From Eledone cirrhosa (lineage: Eukaryota): a stretch of 64,000 bases of DNA. Where the stretch lies: positions 79,174,001-79,238,000 of the forward strand of contig OZ024740.1 in the NCBI GenBank assembly GCA_964016885.1, written 5' to 3'. A program made the translations under genes and the position numbers. Below the pieces are notes generated by a model that saw nothing but the letters and a program-made list of their open reading frames with translations, was not told where the DNA came from and ran no database searches. This document shows, piece by piece, positions 45,150 through 57,059 of the stretch (positions are counted from its first letter, which is position 1; each line of letters begins with the position of its first letter).

Positions 45150-48100
45150 GAACTGTTATAAGACACTAACAATAGGGGTGTTTAGGTAGATATAACACAA
45201 TAGAAACTGTTATTAGACAACAATAGGTGTTTTTAGATAGGTATAACACTGTAGGAACTGTTATAAGACACTATCAATACGGGTGTTTAGATAGATATAA
45301 CACAATAGGAATTGTTATAAGACAACAATAGGGGTGTTTAGATAATAGATATAACACAGTAGGGACTGTTTTAAGACACTAAAAATAGCGGTGATTATAT
45401 AGATATAACACCATAGGAACTATTATAAGACACTAACAATAGGGGTGTTTAGATAATAACTATAACACAGTAGGAACTGTCATAAGACACTAACAATAGG
45501 GGTGTTTAGATAAATATAACACAATAGGAACTGTTATAAGACAACAATATGGGTGTTTAGATAGATATAACACAATAGGAACTGTTATAAGACAACAATA
45601 GGGGTGTTTAGTTAGATATAACACAATAGGAACTGTTATAAGACACTAACAATATGGCTGTTTAGATAGTAGATATAACACAGTAAGAACTGTTATAAGA
45701 CACTAACAATAGGTGTGTTTAGATAGATATAACACAATAGGAACTGTTATAATACAATAACAATAGGGGTGTTTCGATAGATATAGCACAGTAGGAACTG
45801 TTATAAGACACTAACAATAGGGGTGTTTAGATAGATATAACACAATAAGAACTGTTATAAGACAACAATAGGGGTGTTTAGATAATATATATAACACAGT
45901 AGGAACTGTTATAAGATACTAACAATAGGGGCGTTTATATAGATATAACACAATATAAACAGTTATAAGACAACAATAGGGGTATTCGATTGGTATAACA
46001 CTGTAGGAACTGTTATGAGACATTATCAATACGGGTGTTTAAATAGATATAACACAGTAGGAACTGTTTTAAAACACTAACAATAGCGGTGTTTATACAG
46101 ATATAACACCATAGGAAGTATTATAAGACACTAACAATAGTGGTATTTAGATAATAGATATAACACAGTAGGAACTGTTATAAGACACTAACAATAGGGG
46201 TGTTTAGATAGATATAACAAAGTAGGAACTGTTATAAGAGAACAATAGGGGTGTTTAGATAATAGTTACAACACAGTAGGAACTGTCATAAGACACTAAT
46301 AATAGGGGTGTTTAGATAGATATAACACAATAGGAACTGTTATAAGACAACAATATGGGTGTTTAGATAATAGATATAACACAGTAGGAACTGTTAAAAG
46401 ACACTAACAATAGGGGTGTTTAGATAGGTATAACCCAATAGTAACTGTTATAAGACAACAATAGGGATGTTTAGATAATAGATATAACACAGTAGGAACT
46501 GTTATAAGACACTAACAATAGGGGTGTTTAGAGAGATATAACACATGGGGAACTGTTATAAGACACTAACAATAGGGGTGTTTAGATAATAGATATAACA
46601 CAATAGGAACTGTTATAAGACAACAATAGGGGTGTTTAGATAATAGATATAACACAGTAGGAACTGTTATAAGACACTAACACTAACGGTATTTAGATAG
46701 ATATAATACAATAGGAACTGTTTTAAGACAACAATAGGGGTGTTTAGATAGAATTAACACAGTAAGAACTGTTATAAGACAACAATAGGGGTGTTTAGAT
46801 TATAGATATAACACAGTATGAACTGTTATAATATACTAACAATAGGGGTGTTTATATAGATATAACAAAATAGAAACAGTTATAAGACAACAATAGGGGT
46901 ATTTAGATAGATATAAAACTGTAAGGACTGTTACAAGACACTAACAATAGGGGTATTTAGATAGATATAACACAATAGGAACTGTTGTAAGACAACAATA
47001 GGTGTGGTTAGATAATAGATATAACACAATAGGAACTGTTATAAGACACTAACAATAAATGTGTGTCGATAGATATAACATAGTACGAACTGTTATAAGA
47101 CAACAATAGGGGTATTTAGATAATAGATATAACACAGTAGGAACGGTTATAAGACTCTAACAGTAGGGGTATTTAGATAGATATAACACAGTAGTAACTG
47201 TTATAAAACAACAATCGGGGTGTTTAGATAGATATAACACAATAGGAACTGTTATAAGACACTAACAATAGGGGTGTTTATATAGATATAACACAATAGA
47301 AACTGTTATAAGACAACAATAGGGTTATTTAGATAGATATAACACAATAGGAACTGTTATAAGACACTAACAATACGCGTGTTTAGATAGATATAACACA
47401 ATAGCAACTGTTATGGGACACTAACAATAGGGGTGTTTAGATAGATATAACACAATAGTAACTGTTATAAGACACTAACAATAGGGTTCTTTAGATAGAT
47501 ATAACACAATATTAACTGTCATAAGACACTATCAATAGGGGTGTTTAGATAGATATAACACATGGGGAACTGTTATGAGACACTAACAATAGGGGTGTTT
47601 AGATAGATATAACACAATAGGAACTGTTATAAGACACTATCAATAGGGGTGTTTAGATAGATATAACACAATAGGAACTGTTATAAGACACTAACAATAC
47701 GGGTGTTTAGATAATAGATATAACACAGTAGTAACTTTTATAAGACAACAATAGGGGTGTTTAGATAATAGATATAACACAGTAGGAACTGTTGTAAGAC
47801 ACTAACAACAGGGGTGTTTAGATAGATATAACACAATAGGAACTGTTATAAGACACTATCAATAGGGGTGTTTAGATAGATATAACACATGGGGAACTGT
47901 TATGAGACACTAACAATAGGGGTGTTTAGATAGATATAACACAATAGGAACTGTTATAAGACACTAACAATAGGGGTATTTAGATAGATATAACACAGTA
48001 GGAACTGTTATAAGACACTAACAATAGGGCTGTTTAGTTAGATAAACACAATAGGAACTGTTATAAGAAAATAACAATAGGGGTGTTTAGATAATAGCTA

Positions 48101-51100
48101 TAACACAGTAGGAACTGTTATAAGACACTAACGATAGGGGTGTTTAGATAGATATAACACAGTAGGAACTGTTATAAGACACTAACAATAGGGGTGTTTA
48201 GGTAGATATAACACAATAGGAACTGTTATTAGACAAGAATAGGGGTGTTTAGATAGATATAACACAGTAGGAACTGTTATAAGCACTAACAATAGGGGTG
48301 TTTTGATAGATATAACACAATAGGAACTGTTATAAGACAACAATAGGGGTGTTTAGATAGATATAACACAGTAGGAACTGTTATATGACAACAATAGAGG
48401 TGTTTAGATAGATATAACACAATAGGAACTGTTTAAGACACTAACAATAGGGGTGTTTCGATAAATATAACACAGTAGGAACTGTTATAAAACACTAAAA
48501 ATAGGGGTCTTTATATAGATATAACACAATAGAAACTGTTATAAGACAACAATAGGTGTATTTAGATAGATATAACTCATTAGGAACTGTTATAAGACAC
48601 TAACAATACGGGTGTTTAGATAGATATAACACAATAGGAACTTTTATAAGACAACAATAGGGGTGTTTAGATAATAGATATAACACAGTAGGAACTGTTG
48701 TAAGACACTAACAATAGCGGTATTTAGATAGATATAACACCATAGGAACTGTTATAAGAAACTAACAATAGGGGTGTTTTGATAATAGATATAACACAGT
48801 AGGAACTGTTATAAAACACTAACAATAGGGGTGTTTAGATAGATATAACACAATAGGAACTGTTATAAGACACTAACAATAGGGGTGTTTAGATAGATAT
48901 AACACAATAGGAACTGTTTTAAGGCAACAATAGGTGTGTTTAGATAGATATAACACAGTAGGAACTATTATAAGACAACAATCGGGGTGTTTACATAATA
49001 GATATAACACAGTAGGAACTGTTATAAGACACTAACTATAGGGGTGTTTAGATAAATATAACACAGTAGGAACTGTTATAAGACAGTAACAATACGGGTG
49101 TTTAGATAGATATAAGACAATAGGAACTGTTGTAAGACAGCAATAGGGGTGTTTAGATAATAGATATAACACAATATGAACTGTTTTAAGACACTAACAA
49201 TAGGGGTGTTTAGGTAGATATAACACAATAGAAACTGTTATTAGACAACAATAGGTGTTTTTAGATAGGTATAACACTGTAGGAACTGTTATAAGACACT
49301 ATCAATACGGGTGTTTAGATAGATATAACACAATAGGAATTGTTATAAGACAACAATAGGGGTGTTTAGATAATAGATATAACACAGTAGGAACTGTTTT
49401 AAGACACTAAAAATAGCGGTGATTATATAGATATAACACCATAGGAACTATTATAAGACACTAACAATATGGGTGTTTAGATAATAACTATAACACAGTA
49501 GGAACTGTCATAAGACACTAACAATAGGGGTGTTTAGATAAATATAACACAATAGGAACTGTTATAAGACAACAATATGGGTGTTTAGATAGATATAACA
49601 CAATAGGAACTGTTATAAGACACTAACAATAGGGGTGTTTAGATAGATATAACACAATAGGAACTGTTATAAGACACTAACAATAGGGGTGATTCGATAG
49701 CTATAACACAATAGGAACTGTTATAAAACACTAACAATAGGGGTGTTTAGATAGATATAACAAATTAGGAACTGTTAAAAGACATCAATAGGGGTGTTTA
49801 GATAATAGCTTTAACACAGTAAGAACTGTCATAATACACTATCAATAGTGGTTTTTAGACAGATATAACACAATAGGAACTGTTATAAGACAACAATAGG
49901 GGTGTTTAGTTAGATATAACACAATAGGAACTGTTATAAGACACTAACAATATGGCTGTTTAGATAGTAGATATAACACAGTAAGAACTGTTATAAGACA
50001 CTAACAATAGGTGTGTTTAGATAGATATAACACAATAGGAACTGTTATAATACAATAACAATAGGGGTGTTTCGATAGATATAGCACAGTAGGAACTGTT
50101 ATAAGACACTAACAATAGGGGTGTTTAGATAGATATAACACAATAAGAACTGTTATAAGACAACAATAGGGGTGTTTAGATAATATATATAACACAGTAG
50201 GAACTGTTATAAGATACTAACAATAAGGGCGTTTATATAGATATAACACAATATAAACAGTTATAAGACAACAATAGGGGTATTCCATTGGTATAACACT
50301 GTAGGAACTGTTATGAGACACTATCAATACGGGTGTTTAAATAGATATAACACAATAGGAATTGTTATAAGACAACAATAGGGGTGTTTAGATAATAGAT
50401 ATAACACAGTAGGAACTGTTTTAAAACACTAACAATAGCGGTGTTTATACAGATATAACACCATAGGAAGTATTATAAGACACTAACAATAGTGGTATTT
50501 AGATAATAGATATAACACAGTAGGAACTGTTATAAGACACTAACAATAGGGGTGTTTAGATAGATATAACAAAGTAGGAACTGTTATAAGAGAACAATAG
50601 GGGTGTTTAGATAATAGTTACAACACAGTAGGAACTGTCATAAGACACTAATAATAGGGGTGTTTAGATAGATATAACACAATAGGAACTGTTATAAGAC
50701 AACAATATGGGTGTTTAGATAATAGATATAACACAGTAGGAACTGTTAAAAGACACTAACAATAGGGGTGTTTAGATAGGTATAACCCAATAGTAACTGT
50801 TATAAGACAACAATAGGGATGTTTAGATAATAGATATAACACAGTAGGAACTGTTATAAGACACTAACAATAGGGGTGTTTAGAGAGATATAACACATGG
50901 GGAACTGTTATAAGACACTAACAATAGGGGTGTTTAGATAATAGATATAACACAATAGGAACTGTTATAAGACAACAATAGGGGTGTTTAGATAATAGAT
51001 ATAACACAGTAGGAACTGTTATAAGACACTAACACTAACGGTATTTAGATAGATATAATACAATAGGAACTGTTTTAAGACAACAATAGGGGTGTTTAGA

Positions 51101-53700
51101 TAGAATTAACACAGTAAGAACTGTTATAAGACAACAATAGGGGTGTTTAGATTATAGATATAACACAGTATGAACTGTTATAATATACTAACAATAGGGG
51201 TGTTTATATAGATATAACACAATAGAAACAGTTATAAGACAACAATAGGGGTATTTAGATAGATATAAAACTGTAAGGACTGTTACAAGACACTAACAAT
51301 AGGGGTATTTAGATAGATATAACACAATAGGAACTGTTGTAAGACAACAATAGGTGTGGTTAGATAATAGATATAACACAATAGGAACTGTTATAAGACA
51401 CTAACAATAAATGTGTGTCGATAGATATAACATAGTACGAACTGTTATAAGACAACAATAGGGGTATTTAGATAATAGATATAACACAGTAGGAACGGTT
51501 ATAAGACTCTAACAGTAGGGGTATTTAGATAGATATAACGCAGTAGGAACTGTTATAAAACAACAATCGGGGTGTTTAGATAGATATAACACAATAGGAG
51601 CTGTTATAAGACACTAACAATAGGGGTGTTTATATAGATATAACACAATAGAAACTGTTATAAGACAACAATAGGGTTATTTAGATAGATATAACACAAT
51701 AGGAACTGTTATAAGACACTAACAATACGCGTGTTTAGATAGATATAACACAATAGAAACTGTTATGGGACACTAACAATAGGGGTGTTTAGATAGATAT
51801 AACACAATAGTAACTGTTATAAGACACTAACAATAGGGTTCTTTAGATAGATATAACACAATAGTAACTGTCATAAGACACTATCAATAGGGGTGTTTAG
51901 ATAGATATAACACATGGGGAACTGTTATGAGACACTAACAATAGGGGTGTTTAGATAGATATAACACAATAGGAACTGTTATAAGACACTATCAATAGGG
52001 GTGTTTAGATAGATATAACACAATAGGAACTGTTATAAGACACTAACAATACGGGTGTTTAGATAATAGATATAACACAGTAGGAACTTTTATAAGACAA
52101 CAATAGGGGTGTTTAGATAATAGATATAACACAGTAGGAACTGTTGTAAGACACTAACAATAGGGGTGTTTAGGTAGATATAACACAATAGGAACTGTTA
52201 TTAGACAAGAATAGGGGTGTTTAGATAGATATAACACAGTAGGAACTGTTATAAGCACTAACAATAGGGGTGTTTTGATAGATATAACACAATAGGAACT
52301 GTTATAAGACACTATCAATAGGGGTGTTTAGATAGATATAACACATGGGGAACTGTTATGAGACACTAACAATAGGGGTGTTTAGATAGATATAACACAA
52401 TAGGAACTGTTATAAGACACTATCAATAGGGGTGTTTAGATAGATATAACACAATAGGAACTGTTATAAGACACTAACAATAGGGGTGTTTAGATAGATA
52501 TAACACAGTAGGAACTGTTATAAGACACTAACAATAGGGCTGTTTAGTTAGATAAACACAATAGGAACTGTTATAAGAAAATAACAATAGGGGTGTTTAG
52601 ATAATAGCTATAACACAGTAGGAACTGTTATAAGACACTAACGATAGGGGTGTTTAGATAGATATAACACAGTAGGAACTGTTATAAGACACTAACAATA
52701 GGGGTGTTTAGGTAGATATAACACAATAGGAACTGTTATTAGACAAGAATAGGGGTGTTTAGATAGATATAACACAGTAGGAACTGTTATAAGCACTAAC
52801 AATAGGGGTGTTTTGATAGATATAACACAATAGGAACTGTTATAAGACAACAATAGGGGTGTTTAGATAGATATAACACAGTAGGAACTGTTATATGACA
52901 ACAATAGAGGTGTTTAGATAGATATAACACAATAGGAACTGTTTAAGACACTAACAATAGGGGTGTTTCGATAAATATAACACAGTAGGAACTGTTATAA
53001 AACACTAAAAATAGGGGTCTTTATATAGATATAACACAATAGAAACTGTTATAAGACAACAATAGGTGTATTTAGATAGATATAACTCATTAGGAACTGT
53101 TATAAGACACTAACAATACGGGTGTTTAGATAGATATAACACAATAGGAACTTTTATAAGACAACAATAGGGGTGTTTAGATAATAGATATAACACAGCA
53201 GGAACTGTTGTAAGACACTAACAATAGCGGTATTTAGATAGATATAACACCATAGGAACTGTTATAAGAAACTAACAATAGGGGTGTTTTGATAATAGAT
53301 ATAACACAGTAGGAACTGTTATAAGACACTAACAATAGGGGTGTTTAGATAGATATAACACAATAGGAACTGTTATAAGACACTAACAATAGGGGTGTTT
53401 AGATAGATATAACACAATAGGAACTGTTTTAAGGCAACAATAGGTGTGTTTAGATAGATATAACACAGTAGGAACTGTTATAAGACAACAATCGGGGTGT
53501 TTACATAATAGATATAACACAGTAGGAACTGTTATAAGACACTAACTATAGGGGTGTTTAGATAAATATAACACAGTAGGAACTGTTATAAGACAGTAAC
53601 AATACGGGTGTTTAGATAGATATAAGACAATAGGAACTGTTGTAAGACAGCAATAGGGGTGTTTAGATAATAGATATAACACAATATGAACTGTTTTAAG
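45150..53700. repeat. ~4.0-4.5-kb imperfect tandem duplication at the distal part of the array
   Basis: Markers recur at 45181/49209, 46681/51033 (CACTAACGGTATTT) and 48961/53471. The offset grows through inserted monomers. Confidence 0.82.
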
Positions 53701-53919
53701 ACACTAACAATAGGGGTGTTTAGATACAGATATCAGAATAGGAGCTGTTATAAGAAACTAACAATAGGGGTGTTTAGATAGATATAACACAATAGGAAAT
53801 GTTATAAGACTGCAATAGGAGTGTTTAGATAGATATAACACAGTAGGAATTGTTATAAGACATTAACAATAGGGTAGTTTAGATAAATATAACACAATAG
53901 GAACTGTTATAAGACACAA

Positions 53920-54125
53920 ACAATAGGGGTGTTTAGATAAGACTGTGACATCGGGAAACTTAGGTAGATAGGTCAGTGACAACAATGATATTTAGATAGC
54001 GACAGTGACAACATAGGGGTGTTAAGGGTGGGCAGTGGCAATAGGGGTGTTTGTATAGGTCAGTGACAATAGGGGTGTTTAGATAGGTCAGTGACAATAG
54101 GGGTGTTTAGATAGGGCAGCGACAA
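53920..54125. repeat. Degenerate 28-bp minisatellite (ACAATAGGGGTGTTTAGATAGGTCAGTG), about 7 copies, at the satellite edge
   Basis: Near-perfect copies at about 54039-54125 and more diverged copies leftward. It shares the 21-nt core ACAATAGGGGTGTTTAGATAG with the 54-mer. Confidence 0.88.
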
Positions 54126-54132
54126 AAACCCC

Positions 54133-54589
54133 CACCATAACAGAGAAGGCTAAGACCTGTACTAGGAGCTATGCCGCTATCACAAGATAAGAACAGCTAT
54201 GAACTGGTATGAACATCACCCAGAGACAGTAATGGAAGCAGATAAATGTAAGAATAATTTTGGATTTCCCAGTTAGGACATACAGCAGATATCCTCATTA
54301 AGGACAGGAAAAATAAGACCTACAAATTAATTGATATGACTAATCTATCAGATAAAATATATCAGTGAAATAATTTGAAAAACTAAATAAATTCGACAAC
54401 ATTGAGATAAAGATCGAAAAGTTATGTCACCTTAAAACAACCCCAATCACGATAGAGATCTTATGTGTGATTTTAAAGGGACGTGTAAAGCATCTTGGCA
54501 AGATTCCAGATGAATCGTCTCTTCAGAAAATTCGAAAAATAGTATTGACTATCACTACACAAATACTGCAAAGAACCCTCTCAATATGA
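54133..54589 (+). mobile_element. Decayed R4/Dong-like non-LTR retrotransposon, C-terminal restriction-like endonuclease (RLE) fragment
   Basis: Manual translation gives HN...ELCRYHKIRTAMNWYEHHPETVME...DF...DILIKDRKNKTYKLIDM...EKLNK...LQKIRKIVLTITTQILQRTLSI*. This matches the R4-clade RHD..LHW.LC..WYEH.P..PD/DV/K pattern, with stops and frameshifts. Confidence 0.8.
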
Positions 54590-54734
54590 ATTTCAGTACC
54601 TGTAGATCACCCACCTGATCACCCACCTGATCTGAATTAGATATTATATAAACCCCTACGCTTTATGTATACTCAGCACCAAGTTATAAATATATTGTAC
54701 ATGTACAAAGTATTCATCTCTTTCTGTGAATGAA

Positions 54735-56212
54735 GGGCTTTTTTAGAACTGGCAGTATATATCTTCTCAGAAGTTATTAGAATGGAACTTGGTATCTCAA
54801 AGTGTGTGACAATGGTCATGAATAGAAGTTCAAAAGGACGGAGGAAGTAATAATGGCTAGTGGAGAAAATATTAAATCTACCAGGAACATGTTAAAAATA
54901 TCTTGGGATTTTGAAGCCTGGTGGCTTTAAACAAGACGACGAAAGAAATGATATAGAAAGAGTATCTTGGGAGAAAGTGAAAAATACTTAGATCAAAATT
55001 GAATCTGTGGAACATGATCACAGCAATAAAGGCTAAAGCAGTTGCAACTTTGAGATACGGAGCAGGAATTATAAAGTAGACAGACCTTGAATTGAAGGAA
55101 CTGGATAGAAAACCACGAACATTATTGACAATATATGGGGCACATCACTCACGTTCAGACGTAGAGAGAGTATGCATTAAACAGGGAAAAAGAAGTAGGG
55201 TTGAAAATGTAGAGGATTGTGTTAAGATTGGGGAGGATTACTTATTGAAATACAAAGCAATGATAGATTGTTGATAACAGTAAGATAATAAGCGATCCTT
55301 AAAGCTAGCGACAGTGACAAAGAAGAATATATGGAATATAAGAAGAATGTGTGGCGGTAATACTGAACAAAGAACTGCACAAACATTTGTACAATGTGAC
55401 AGTTGGAGTAGGAGGGCCACAAAGATGGGATTCATTTAACAACGATGCACTGAAAAAATAAACTGAAAGTACGATTCTTGCAGCTCAGGATCAAGCACTG
55501 GCCACACTAACTGGCGTGTTCAGCATAGTAATGAACAAGTTTCTCCTTTGTGTCGGTTGTACAATGAGTGGAAGAAAACAATATCACACATTGTTTGTAT
55601 GTTCTAAACTTGCACAAAATCAATACAAGCTATGGTGGCATGATGAGGTTGCAAATATATTACATTAGAAGTTGTGTGAGAAATGGCAATTTGAAAGAGA
55701 AAAGATATTGTATGACTATAAGCCATAAAAACCATTGAATCAGAAATGTGTAAAATACTTTGGAATTTTTCAATACAGACTAACCAAATATTAGAGCACA
55801 ATAAACCAGTGGTTGACAAAGTTAACAGGATTTGCCTATTAATTGATGTGGCTTGCCCATTTCATTCATGAATTACAGAGAAAAAGGAGAAAAGGAAGAA
55901 ACATACAGACCTTTGAAATATGAACTAGCATGAATATAGAATATGAGGCATGTCGAGATAGCACTGATAATTGTGGGAGCATTGGGAACAGTAATAAAAG
56001 ATATCGAAAGACACTGTAAGAAAATTTGCATTATATGTCAATTGAATTATTGCCAAAAGGAGGCCTACTTGGAACAGCCAACATAACCAGGAAAGATTTG
56101 ACAGATGAATGGTATATATACAGCGTGGTTCTGTAGGTTACATGCAGCAAACGCGCTACTCATGCTAAAACTAGAATGTTCCTCTAAGCCTGAGCAAAAC
56201 CAAAATAATAAT
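54735..56212 (+). mobile_element. 5'-truncated, decayed R4/Dong-like non-LTR retrotransposon (end of RT, zinc knuckle, RLE, 3' UTR, short TAA tail)
   Basis: Colinear motifs read manually: FSEVIRMELGISKC; KYLGIL; YGAGII; ELDRKPR..YGAHHSRSDVER (ORF 55092-55274); TESTILAAQDQALAT; CRL...TISHIVC; HDEVANILH*KLC; KILWNFSIQTNQILEHNKP; CLLIDVACP; IIVGALG; LLGTANI. Many stops and frameshifts. Ends in AATAATAAT at about 56204-56212. Confidence 0.9.
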
Positions 56213-56416
56213 CATTTCTAGCCTTAACACAAGGCCAGCAATTTTGGAGAAAAGTCGGTTATATCAGCCGCTGTACTTAATGGGTACTTTATTTCATCGA
56301 TCTTTGTAGGATGAAAAGCAAAGTTTTTTTGACGGGATTAGAAACCAGAACGCAGAAGACCGTAACTACATACAGTATTTTCTCCGACGTTCTACCGTTA
56401 CTGCCAATCCCCTGCT
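56213..56416 (-). mobile_element. tRNA-derived SINE, diverged copy
   Basis: Aligns by eye with the copies at 60017 and 62200: CATTTCTA..CACAAGGCCAGCAATT..GGTACTTTATTT.ATCGA..GGATGAAA.GCAAAG..CTACCG.TACTGCCAATCC. Confidence 0.8.
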
Positions 56417-56417
56417 C

Positions 56418-56540
56418 TGATGGTGATGTTAATATTAGTAATAATTAATTATAATGATAATGATGATGGTGGTGATGATAATAATGATTATAACATTTAT
56501 GATTATAACAATAATGATGATAATGATGATGATGACGATA
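56418..56540. repeat. (ATG/ATA)n low-complexity trinucleotide microsatellite
   Basis: Direct reading. It accounts for the Met/Ile-rich ORF at 56454. Confidence 0.9.
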
Positions 56541-57059
56541 ATTTCTTTTATAAGCCACAAAAGTTCATACATACATTCAAATAAAACGCTAAAACATGGG
56601 GTTTACAAAACGTGTTGTGGATGGAAATATAAAATTATATAAAAGCAAGGAATATGGTAATGACGTTACGCAATGAAAGCATTTAATATTTGATATAAGA
56701 TAAACACACAGAATAAACATAAGAGTGTATAATATAAAAAACATGAATTAAATAAAAACTGCGAAACACATTGGGTAACAATACACCCAGACGTGTGTAA
56801 AGGGTGGGTAAATTCATCTGAGTTAGATTGGGGATGGTTTGCAAGAGGTTCTTCGAAGCATGTTGTTTTTCGGTTTTATTAAACTCCCGTCTTTTACAGG
56901 ATATATTCAATGGAGATGTCTTTCGCGTAATCGGAACTATGTCCACACTGACCCACACTGAATTTGTTCTGAAATAGTCACACAGATCCTTTAAGTTTCT
57001 CATCATTTGTTTGTTTGTCGTAAGGAGAGCTGTGAGACTGAATTTGCTGCATTCGTTGA

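Larger units (their letters stand above)
8230..46390. repeat. ~19-kb near-identical tandem segmental duplication of the satellite (copy 1 about 8230-27120, copy 2 about 27120-46390)
   Basis: Identical or near-identical spurious ORFs occur at 9069/27990 (offset 18921) and at 16816/35805 and 18393/37382 (offset 18989). The offset steps are explained by a 14-bp deletion near 9488, one extra monomer near 32100, an 8-bp deletion near 19466, and extra monomers near 43000 and 45500. Confidence 0.92.
1..53940. repeat. Large satellite DNA array, 54-bp monomer (consensus AGGAACTGTTATAAGACACTAACAATAGGGGTGTTTAGATAGATATAACACA(A/G)T), about 1,000 copies, truncated by the window start
   Basis: Head-to-tail repetition read directly across about 54 kb. 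Common variants lack CTA (GACAACAAT, 51 bp) and/or carry an extra AAT (GATAATAGAT, 57 bp). The consensus monomer has a stop codon in all six frames. Confidence 0.99.

Noticed and set aside
1-53940. CRISPR array or other repeat-spacer system
   Set aside because: There are no unique spacers, the whole unit is repeated, there are no cas genes, and the context is eukaryotic.
1-53940. Telomeric repeat or G-quadruplex array (TAGGGG)
   Set aside because: There is only one G4 run per 54 bp and no tandem TTAGGG, so the spacing is too long for canonical intramolecular quadruplexes.
54605-54632. GATCACCCACCT x2.3 direct repeat as a TSD
   Set aside because: The copies are adjacent with no inserted element between them, so this is a simple local duplication.
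55222-55819. Minus-strand ORFs at 55222, 55238 and 55604
   Set aside because: They are antisense shadows of the + strand R4/Dong remnant.
56683-57006. 107-aa minus-strand ORF
   Set aside because: No recognisable motif or clear splice structure. It cannot be supported without a homology search.
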